Shown here: in pieces, positions 56,947-64,000 of the stretch
How the letters are laid out: every line of letters begins with the position of its first letter
Numbering within the stretch: the first letter of the stretch is position 1
NCBI GenBank assembly: GCA_947073515.1
Contig: CAMTMC010000001.1
Span: forward strand, 37,801 to 101,800
Length of the DNA stretch: 64,000 nucleotides
Reading direction: 5' to 3'
From: an uncultured bacterium
GTDB lineage: Bacteria; Bacillota; Clostridia; Oscillospirales; Oscillospiraceae
Notes under the pieces: generated by a model
The model's database searches: none
Told to the model about the DNA's origin: nothing
The model's input: the letters and a program-made list of their open reading frames with translations, nothing else
Position numbers and translations under genes: made by a program

Positions 56947-57983
56947 CACAGCAGCTCCACGCCGGCGTCACCGGCTGTGATCTCGCCGATGATCCGGGGC
57001 GCGTGGCCCGCCTTTAAAAGGACGTCCTTAGCTTTATCGGCGTCGTTTTTGTCCACCACCAGTACCATGCCGGTGCCCATGTTGAAGGTGTTGAACATGT
57101 CGTGCTCCGGGATATCCCCCAGCCGCTGGATCATCTGGAAGATGGGGTCGATCCCCAGGGAGGACTTGTCGATTTTAGCGGTCATCCCCTTGGGCAGGCA
57201 GCGGGGGATGTTCTCATAGAAGCCGCCGCCGGTGATGTGGCTGATGCCGTGGACATCGGCAATCTGGAGGACGTCCAGCACCGGCTTGACGTAGATGGCG
57301 GTGGGGGAGAGCAGCTCAGCCCCCAGCTCGCAGCCCAGCTCCTCGCTCCACGCGTCCAGCTTGGCGTGCTCGATATCAAAGACCTTGCGCACCAGGGAGA
57401 AGCCGTTGGAATGGATGCCGGTGGAGCTGAGGGAGATCACCACGTCGCCGGTTTTGACCTGCTCGGGCCGGATCATCTTCTCCTTGTCCACGATGCCCAC
57501 GGCAAAGCCGGCCAGGTCGTAGTCCTCGGGGGCCATCAGGCCGGGGTGCTCGGCAGTCTCGCCGCCGATGAGGGCGCAGCCGGCCTGGACGCAGCCCTCG
57601 GCTACGCCGGAGACGATGGAGGCCACCTTCTCCGGCTCGTTTTTGCCGATGGCGATGTAGTCCAGGAAAAACAGGGGCCTGGCCCCGCAGCAGATGATGT
57701 CATTGACGCACATGGCCACGCAGTCGATGCCGATGGTGTTGTGCTTGCCCATCAGCTGGGCCAGGCGGATCTTGGTGCCCACGCCGTCGGTGCCGCTGAC
57801 CAGCACAGGCTCCTTCATCCCAGACAGCTCGGGGGCGAAGAGGCCGCCGAAGCCGCCGATGCCGCTGACTACCCCGGGGATCATGGTCCGGGCCACATGC
57901 TGCTTCATCAGCTGAACGCCCTTGTAGCCGGCCTCAATGTCCACGCCGGCGGCGGCGTAAGAGGCGGAGTGAGAGTTGTTCAT
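56946..57983 (-). CDS. purM: AIR synthetase
   Basis: YAAAGVDI, GGFGG, GTDGVGTK, GGETAEHPG, HSNGFSL, HITGGG, TFNMG. Confidence 0.97.
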   Translation of the reverse strand: MNNSHSASYAAAGVDIEAGYKGVQLMKQHVARTMIPGVVSGIGGFGGLFAPELSGMKEPVLVSGTDGVGTKIRLAQLMGKHNTIGIDCVAMCVNDIICCGARPLFFLDYIAIGKNEPEKVASIVSGVAEGCVQAGCALIGGETAEHPGLMAPEDYDLAGFAVGIVDKEKMIRPEQVKTGDVVISLSSTGIHSNGFSLVRKVFDIEHAKLDAWSEELGCELGAELLSPTAIYVKPVLDVLQIADVHGISHITGGGFYENIPRCLPKGMTAKIDKSSLGIDPIFQMIQRLGDIPEHDMFNTFNMGTGMVLVVDKNDADKAKDVLLKAGHAPRIIGEITAGDAGVELL

Positions 57984-58246
57984 ACTTCGGCCTCCTTCCA
58001 CTTTCCGCACTGTTCAATCCGCTTTCCGCCGTCGCCCTGCTTTTCGTCGTAGGCGAACTGGTTCAGCAGCGGACAGGGGAAGCTGGCGCACTGCCCGCAA
58101 TGGGCGTGGGACTTCTCCTCGCAGCAGGATTTCACGGGGCAGCCGTCACCCCAAAAAGGTTTTTGAATCTGGGTGCAGCCGGAGCAGCCCATTTGTTCCC
58201 GAAAGCCGCATTCCCCGCAGATAATGCCACATCTTGACTCAATCAT
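57980..58246 (-). CDS. Small Cys-rich protein (DUF3795-like)
   Basis: RCGIICGEC...GCSGC...CPVKSCC...HCGQC..FPC. ATG 58246 after AAGGAG. Confidence 0.8.
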   Translation of the reverse strand: MIESRCGIICGECGFREQMGCSGCTQIQKPFWGDGCPVKSCCEEKSHAHCGQCASFPCPLLNQFAYDEKQGDGGKRIEQCGKWKEAEV

Positions 58247-58266
58247 GATGGCGGTAATCTCCTTTT

Positions 58267-59691
58267 CTATTCTTTTCCGGACCAGCAGTAGGTGCAGACC
58301 TTGTCCTTTTCGATGCCGATGGCCTCCAGCAGGCCGTCCAGGGACTGGTAGCCCAGGGAGTCGAAGCCGAATTTTTCTGAGATGGTTTTCAGCAGGCACT
58401 GTCCCCGCTGGGTATGGGCGTCGGCATACTCCGCCAGGTGGTTCTGGCCCTCGTCCCCCTCGATTTCCTGGATGGCGCGCCGGGCCAGCAGGTCCATGTC
58501 CGAGTTGCCCCGGGAGAAATTCAGATACTTGCAGCTGTACATGATAGGGGGGCAGGCGGAGCGCATATGGACCTCTTTGGCCCCGGACTCATAGAGGAAG
58601 TCCACCGTCTCCTGAAGCTGGGTGCCCCGGACGATGGAGTCGTCCACAAACAGCAGCTTCTTGCCCTGGATCAGCTCGGGGACGGGGATCTGCTTCATCT
58701 TCGCCACCTGGCTGCGGACCTGGGGGTTGGTGGACAGGAAGGAGCGGGGCCAGGTGGGGGTGTACTTCACGAAGGGGCGGGCGAATTTGGCGTGGCTCTC
58801 GTTGGCGTAGCCGATGGCGTGGGGGACGCCGGAGTCGGGGACACCAGCCACATAGTCCACGTCGGGGCGGCCGCCCCGCTTGGCCTCGTCCCGGGCCATG
58901 ATCTCGCCGTTGCGGTAGCGCATGACCTCCACATTTTTCCCCTCGTAGTTGGAGTTGGGGTAGCCGTAATAGGACCACAGGAAGCCGCAGATTTTCATCT
59001 CCTCACCGGCGGGAGAGAGGACCTCCATCCCGTCCGGCCGGAGCTTGACAATCTCCCGGGGGCCCAGCTCGTGGAAGTCCTCATAGCCCAGCTTGTGGTA
59101 GGCGAAGGACTCGAAGGAGACGCAGAAGCCCTCCCCGTTTCTGCCCACCAGCACCGGCAGGCGGCCCACCCGGTCCCGGGCGGCGATGATCTCCCCCCGG
59201 TCGGTGAGGATCAGCAGGGTGAGGGAGCCCTGGATCTCCTCCTGGGCGTGGAGGATGCCGGAGACCAGGTCGTCCTTCTGGTTGATGAGGGCGGCGGCCA
59301 GCTCGGTGGCGTTGACCCGGCCGGAGCTCATGGCCATGAACTGGTGGCCGTGGTCGGAGAAGTACTGCTGGACCAGCTCCTCGGCGTTGTTGATGATGCC
59401 AACGGTGGTGATGGCGTACAGCCCCAGGTGGGAGCGCACCAGCAGGGGCTGGGGGTCGGTGTCGGAGATACAGCCGATGCCGGAACAGCCGTGGAAACCG
59501 GACAGATCCTTCTCAAACTTGGTGCGGAAGGGGGTGTTCTCGATAGAGTGGATTTGCCGCTGGAACCCGTCCTTCCTGTCATAGATCAGCATACCGCCCC
59601 GGCGGGTGCCCAAGTGGGAGTGGTAGTCCACCCCAAAAAAGATGTCAAGGGAGACGTCCCGCTGGGAGACAGCCCCGAAAAAACCGCCCAT
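58267..59691 (-). CDS. purF: Amidophosphoribosyltransferase variant lacking the N-terminal Cys
   Basis: PRT motif LLFVDDSIVRGT, GVPDSG, and Fe-S ligand motifs (CPP..YSC, CTYC); N-terminus MGGFFG. Confidence 0.92.
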   Translation of the reverse strand: MGGFFGAVSQRDVSLDIFFGVDYHSHLGTRRGGMLIYDRKDGFQRQIHSIENTPFRTKFEKDLSGFHGCSGIGCISDTDPQPLLVRSHLGLYAITTVGIINNAEELVQQYFSDHGHQFMAMSSGRVNATELAAALINQKDDLVSGILHAQEEIQGSLTLLILTDRGEIIAARDRVGRLPVLVGRNGEGFCVSFESFAYHKLGYEDFHELGPREIVKLRPDGMEVLSPAGEEMKICGFLWSYYGYPNSNYEGKNVEVMRYRNGEIMARDEAKRGGRPDVDYVAGVPDSGVPHAIGYANESHAKFARPFVKYTPTWPRSFLSTNPQVRSQVAKMKQIPVPELIQGKKLLFVDDSIVRGTQLQETVDFLYESGAKEVHMRSACPPIMYSCKYLNFSRGNSDMDLLARRAIQEIEGDEGQNHLAEYADAHTQRGQCLLKTISEKFGFDSLGYQSLDGLLEAIGIEKDKVCTYCWSGKE

Positions 59692-59702
59692 ATAGAGCCT
59701 CC

Positions 59703-59858
59703 TTATTTTTTACGCCCGCGCCGGAACAGCCAGATGGCGAGGACAGTCAGTGCCGCCACGGAAAGCGGCGGGATGGCGGGCAGCCCGGTTCCGCCGGATG
59801 TGAGAACCGCGGTGGGGCCGTCCTGCCCGCCAATGGTGCCGATGAAGCTGAGGTTCAC
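59703..59858 (-). CDS. 51-aa single-TM smORF with an IGGQDGPT (OadB-like) motif
   Basis: Hand translation: MNLSFIGTIGGQDGPTAVLTSGGTGLPAIPPLSVAALTVLAIWLFRRGRKK*. GTG is 2 nt after the purC stop; the TAA overlaps the purF RBS. Confidence 0.6.
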   Translation of the reverse strand: MNLSFIGTIGGQDGPTAVLTSGGTGLPAIPPLSVAALTVLAIWLFRRGRKK

Positions 59859-59860
59859 GG

Positions 59861-60547
59861 TTAGGCGAAGAACAGCTTGGACAGGGTCATGGGGTCGATA
59901 TACTGCCCGTCCTTGTACACCCGCATATTGCCGGAGGCGATCTCGTCAATGAGCATCACCTTGCCGTCGGCGTCATAGCCGTACTCAAACTTGATGTCGT
60001 AGAGAACCAAACCCTTCTCCTTCAGGCCGTCGGCCACGATCTGGGTGATTTTCTGGGTCATGTCCTTGATGTCGTCGTACTGGGATTCCGTCATTACGCC
60101 CAGGGCCACCAGGCCGTCCTTGGTCACCAGGGGATCACCTTTCTCGTCGTTTTTGAAGGTGGTCTCCACATAGGCGGGCAGGTCGGCGCCCTCCTGGATA
60201 TACTCCCCGTACCGGCGGAGGAAGGAGCCCACCGCCTTGTGGCGGCAGATGACCTCCAGGCCGTGGCCGAAGACCTTGGCGGGCAGGACCTCCATGGTGG
60301 TGTTGTCCAGGTCGGCGGAGACGTAGTGGGTGCGGATGCCGGCGGCGTTGATCTTCTCGAAGAAGTGGATGGACATACGCAGGTTCACGTCGCCCACGCC
60401 GGCGATGGTCAGGCCCACGGAGTTCTCGCCGGGGTCGAAGACGCCGTCCTTGCCGGTGCAGTCGTCCTTGAATTTCAGCAGGTAGTTGCCGTTGTCCAGA
60501 GCGTAGACGTTCTTGGTCTTGCCGGTGTATACGAGTTTGTCAGCCAT
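59861..60547 (-). CDS. purC: SAICAR synthetase
   Basis: [29 protein letters not shown]. Confidence 0.92.
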   Translation of the reverse strand: MADKLVYTGKTKNVYALDNGNYLLKFKDDCTGKDGVFDPGENSVGLTIAGVGDVNLRMSIHFFEKINAAGIRTHYVSADLDNTTMEVLPAKVFGHGLEVICRHKAVGSFLRRYGEYIQEGADLPAYVETTFKNDEKGDPLVTKDGLVALGVMTESQYDDIKDMTQKITQIVADGLKEKGLVLYDIKFEYGYDADGKVMLIDEIASGNMRVYKDGQYIDPMTLSKLFFA

Positions 60548-60608
60548 AGTAGATTCCTCCATATCAGAATAAAAAATAGGATACAGGATGGGTAGATAGG
60601 CGGGGCGC

Positions 60609-61103
60609 TCAGCCGTTCAGCTCCCCCTGGAGCTTGTCCTCTTTTTCGGCGATCTGGGCGGCCATGTCCAGCCGGGCCTGATCCAGCTTGGCGGCCAGGG
60701 CGCCGTCGGAGACGGCCAGGATCTGGGCGGCCAGGACAGCGGCGTTCTTGGCCCCGTTGAGGGCCACAGTGGCCACAGGGATGCCGCTGGGCATCTGGAC
60801 GGTGGCCAGCAGGGCGTCCAGGCCGTCCATAGCGCCCCCCTTCATGGGGATGCCGATGACGGGCAGGGTGGAGTTGCCGGCGAAGGCCCCGGCCAGGTGG
60901 GCGGCCATGCCGGCGGCGCAGATGAGGACACCGAAGCCGTTGGCCCGGGCGGACTTGGCGAAGGCGGCGGCCTTGTCCGGGGTGCGGTGGGCGCTGAGGA
61001 TATGGGCCTCATAGGGGATATCGAAGGCCTTCAGCTGCTCGCAGGCCCCTTTGACAACGGGCCAGTCGGAATCCGAGCCCATGATGACGGCGACTTTCTT
61101 CAA
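60609..61103 (-). CDS. purE: N5-CAIR mutase / AIR carboxylase PurE
   Basis: [35 protein letters not shown] start 9 nt after AAAGGAG. Confidence 0.96.
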   Translation of the reverse strand: MKKVAVIMGSDSDWPVVKGACEQLKAFDIPYEAHILSAHRTPDKAAAFAKSARANGFGVLICAAGMAAHLAGAFAGNSTLPVIGIPMKGGAMDGLDALLATVQMPSGIPVATVALNGAKNAAVLAAQILAVSDGALAAKLDQARLDMAAQIAEKEDKLQGELNG

Positions 61104-61122
61104 CGTGTACATCTCCTTTGTG

Positions 61123-61159
61123 AAAAAGTTTCAGGCCATCTGCGGTACAGACAGCCTGA
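61123..61159 (-). terminator. Attenuator-like terminator in the pur 5' leader
   Basis: Minus strand TCAGGCTGTCTG-TACCG-CAGATGGCCTGA-AACTTTTT; two G-U pairs work only on this strand. Confidence 0.65.
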
Positions 61160-61267
61160 TTGATGTTATCCATTCATTTTGGGCAGATTGGGGCCATAGC
61201 CGCGCCGGATACAGATGGAATGAGAACGGAGCATGGCGGGACCCCCCTTCCACGGGTTTACGTTTCC

Positions 61268-61296
61268 ATTTTATCGGAAAATCCGGCGCTTGGCAA
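61268..61296 (-). promoter_or_regulatory. SigA promoter of the pur operon
   Basis: TTGCCA-N17-TAAAAT. Confidence 0.75.
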
Positions 61297-61369
61297 GGGG
61301 GGGATATATTTTCGTCGGCTTGTACAAGAAAAGAGGGGGGCGGAGTGAAAAAACTGGAACAGCCCCCGG

Positions 61370-62464
61370 TCAGATCCCGATGCCGGCCCCAAAAAGCCCC
61401 GCGGTGGTGAGGATGCGCTCTACCTCCCCGGCCCGGAGGGGCCAGGACGCGGCGGCGGCGTGGTCCCGGCGGCGGCGGGAGAAGCCTGGGGCCTCCTCCA
61501 GGGCGTGGCGGCACAGATGGAGGAAATCTTGCGCGGTGTGGGCCCCATAGACTACATCGGGGAAGGGCTCCACCTGGTCGGGCCACAGCATGGACACGAC
61601 CGGCTTGCCGGTGGCCAGGTACTCGTACAGCCGGGGGGAGATCAGGTCGTCCGGCCGGTCCTCCTGGAGCAGTTCCACCAGTACGTCACAGCGGTAGAGC
61701 CACTTGGGGACCTCTGACGGGAGGCAGGCCCCGGGGATGAGCACATTTGGCAGCTTGGACAGCCGGGACAACAGGGGGTTCCGGCCCCGCCGCCGGCCCA
61801 GCAGGAGAAAGGTCCAGTCGGGCTGTTCCAGGGCGGCGTACAGCAGCGGGGCCAGATCCAGGCCCTCCCGGATGGTGCCCGCCCAGCCGATCACCGGGCC
61901 CCGGACCCCGGGCAGGGGGTCGGGACGGGGGGTGTCGGGGGAGAAGAGGGGGCAGTTCAGCCCGTTGGGCACCAGGGCGATGTTGGCGCTGCAGGGGGAG
62001 AGCCGGTCAGCCAGCAGGGGGGAGGCGGCGAAGACCACGTCGGCGGCCTGGGCCAGGGCCCCCTCCCAGCGGGGGGGCAGGCCGTCCCACTCCCGGTCGC
62101 AGTCGTAGACCAGGCCGCTGTAAGAGAGCTGGTCCAGCAGATGGATGTGGTCGGGCCGGGTGGTCCACAGAAGGGGCTCCCGGAAGCGGTGCCGGGCGGC
62201 CTGCTGGGCGATGAACTGTCCCAGCCGGCGCTGCTGCCAGCGGAAGAGGACCCCGTGCCGCTCCTCCAGGGGAAGGAGCATGGCCGGCAGGGCGTATACG
62301 GCCACGTTGGGCCGGACTTTGACCCTTTGCCGTTTTGGGGGGCGGAGGTTTTGGCTGGGATAAAAATATAAAATCTGGGCGTCATGGAGGCGGGTGACCA
62401 GCTGCTGGGTGCGGCCGGGCCGCCTGGACCAGGGCTCGGTAGAAAGACAGAGGATTTGCTTCAA
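61370..62464 (-). CDS. Glycosyltransferase (GT4/TuaH-like)
   Basis: TTG start after AGGAGG. VYDCD, ADVVFAAS, VPNG, IGWAG, RLYEYLATGKPVVS. Confidence 0.85.
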   Translation of the reverse strand: MKQILCLSTEPWSRRPGRTQQLVTRLHDAQILYFYPSQNLRPPKRQRVKVRPNVAVYALPAMLLPLEERHGVLFRWQQRRLGQFIAQQAARHRFREPLLWTTRPDHIHLLDQLSYSGLVYDCDREWDGLPPRWEGALAQAADVVFAASPLLADRLSPCSANIALVPNGLNCPLFSPDTPRPDPLPGVRGPVIGWAGTIREGLDLAPLLYAALEQPDWTFLLLGRRRGRNPLLSRLSKLPNVLIPGACLPSEVPKWLYRCDVLVELLQEDRPDDLISPRLYEYLATGKPVVSMLWPDQVEPFPDVVYGAHTAQDFLHLCRHALEEAPGFSRRRRDHAAAASWPLRAGEVERILTTAGLFGAGIGI

Positions 62465-62542
62465 AGGGGAGACCTCCTGAAAATCGTGGAGTGTCCAAAC
62501 CCGGGAGGATGGATTCCCGGCGGGCGCGCTCCGAAAATAGCG

Positions 62543-62571
62543 TTGACTTTTGAGCGGGTTTTTCCTATTAT
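62543..62571 (+). promoter_or_regulatory. SigA promoter of PAP2-dat
   Basis: TTGACT-N17-TATTAT. Confidence 0.7.
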
Positions 62572-62639
62572 AGTATGGAAGAAGGCGAACCGTCAAGCAG
62601 GAAGTATTTCCCAGAGAGTGGGGAGGAAAGGATCGGGAA

Positions 62640-63182
62640 ATGATCGAGGCATTGTTCCAAATGGACGGACAGCTGCTGCTGGCCATTCAGAATACTCGCA
62701 TGGACTGGCTGGACCCGGTTGTGGCTGTTTACACCAAGCTGGGGGACGCCGGGCTGCTGTGGATCGGGCTGTCGGCGCTGATGCTGTGCTGGAAACCCAC
62801 CCGGAAGGCCGGGCTGCTGGCCCTGCTGGCCATGGCGCTGGGGATGCTGGTGACCAACGTGACCGTCAAGCCCTTGGTGGAGCGGCCCCGGCCCTGGCTG
62901 GACTGGCCCATCCTGCCCCTGGTGGCGGAGGACGACCCACACTCATTCCCCTCCGGCCACACCTGCGCCGCCTTCGCCGCCGGGATGGTCTGGTTCCGGG
63001 CCCTGCCCTGGCGATGGGGGAGGGCCGCCGCCGTGATGATGGCGGTGTGTATGGGCCTGTCCCGGCTGTACGCAGGGGTCCACTACCCCTCCGACGTGCT
63101 GGCGGGGGGGATCATCGGCGCCCTGTGCGCCTGGGTGGTTTGGAAGATTTGGAACATCCATCAAAAACGGATCAACAGCTGA
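62640..63182 (+). CDS. PAP2-family phosphatase (undecaprenyl-PP phosphatase-like)
   Basis: KPLVERPRP, SFPSGH, SRLYAGVHYPSD. Confidence 0.92.
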   Translation: MIEALFQMDGQLLLAIQNTRMDWLDPVVAVYTKLGDAGLLWIGLSALMLCWKPTRKAGLLALLAMALGMLVTNVTVKPLVERPRPWLDWPILPLVAEDDPHSFPSGHTCAAFAAGMVWFRALPWRWGRAAAVMMAVCMGLSRLYAGVHYPSDVLAGGIIGALCAWVVWKIWNIHQKRINS

Positions 63183-63203
63183 TACAATAAGGAGGTCACG
63201 GCT

Positions 63204-64000
63204 ATGTGGAAAAATGTTGGGTATTATAACGGCGAGCTGGGCGCTTTGGAGGAGATGAAGGTGCCCATGGGGGAGCGGACCCTCTACTTCGGGGACGGCA
63301 TCTATGAGGCCACCCTGGCGGCCAACCGGGTCATCTTCGCCCTGGAGGACCACCTGGACCGGATGTACAACAGCCTTCGGCTGCTGGAGATCCCCTTCCA
63401 GATGGACCGGGATCAGGTGAAGGCGGAGCTGCAAAAGGTGGTGGACATGGCGGAGGAGGCGCCGGCCTACTTTGTGTACTGGCAGGTCTCCCGGGGCTGC
63501 GCCCCCCGGAACCACCCCTTCCCCAAGGACGCCCAGCCCACCCTGATGGCCTATGTGAAGCCCTACACCCTGAAATCTATGGACAAGCCCTACAAGCTCA
63601 TCTCCCAGGAGGACATCCGCTTCCAGCTATGCAACATCAAGACCCTGAACCTGATCCCCAGCGTGCTGGCCAACCAGCGGGCGGTGGAGCGGGGCTGTGA
63701 TGAGGCGGTGCTCCACCGGGGCAGCCGGGTGACCGAGTGCGCCCACAGCAACATCTCCATGCTGAAGGACGGGGTGTTCCGCACCGCCCCCACCGATGAG
63801 CTGATCCTGCCCGGCATCACCCGGAAGCACCTGATCCAGCTGTGCGGGGAGCTGGGAATCCCTGTGGAGGAGAAGCCGTTTACTATGGTCCAGCTGATGA
63901 ACGCCGACGAGGTGATCGTCTCCAGCTCCAGCGCCATGTGCATGAAGGCGGAGTCCATCGACGGCATCCCCGTGGGCGGGAAGGACCCGGAGCGGCTGAA
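63204..64000 (+). CDS. dat: D-amino-acid aminotransferase (class IV), truncated by the window edge
   Basis: Hand translation: YFGDGIYE, HLDRMYNS, VSRG..PRNH, NIKTLNL, ILPGITR. ATG after AAGGAGG; not in the ORF track. Confidence 0.9.
   Translation, partial: MWKNVGYYNGELGALEEMKVPMGERTLYFGDGIYEATLAANRVIFALEDHLDRMYNSLRLLEIPFQMDRDQVKAELQKVVDMAEEAPAYFVYWQVSRGCAPRNHPFPKDAQPTLMAYVKPYTLKSMDKPYKLISQEDIRFQLCNIKTLNLIPSVLANQRAVERGCDEAVLHRGSRVTECAHSNISMLKDGVFRTAPTDELILPGITRKHLIQLCGELGIPVEEKPFTMVQLMNADEVIVSSSSAMCMKAESIDGIPVGGKDPERL

Overview
High-GC chromosomal window from an anaerobic, spore-forming Firmicute; gene content and style suggest Oscillospiraceae (Flavonifractor/Lawsonibacter-like), which is an inference. 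It is mostly core genome. Operons and gene clusters: dgt-dnaG-rpoD, a polar amino-acid ABC transporter, acpP-rnc, ylxM-ffh-rpsP-khpA-rimM, an M16 peptidase pair with lgt and folD, and a mosaic pur operon. Single loci: tRNA-Ser(GGA), a 2,378-aa cyclic beta-1,2-glucan synthase-like gene, a two-subunit [FeFe]-hydrogenase with a GltD-like partner, and PFOR. I found no CRISPR array, prophage, integrase or transposase. The most interesting signals are: (1) a family of ~160-bp structured MITE-like repeats sitting at stop codons, terminators and a 5' UTR; (2) an unannotated 51-aa membrane smORF in the pur operon with an OadB-type IGGxDGPT motif, echoed in the linker of an ABC lipoprotein; (3) a PurF lacking catalytic Cys1; (4) an attenuator-like pur leader with no aptamer I recognise; (5) a decayed IMP-cyclohydrolase fragment; (6) an AT-rich islet after rpoD with a disrupted aerolysin/ETX-like gene beside a 6S-like RNA. 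Several starts were moved from the ORF track to the codon with the best RBS. All family assignments come from recalled motifs, not from database searches.
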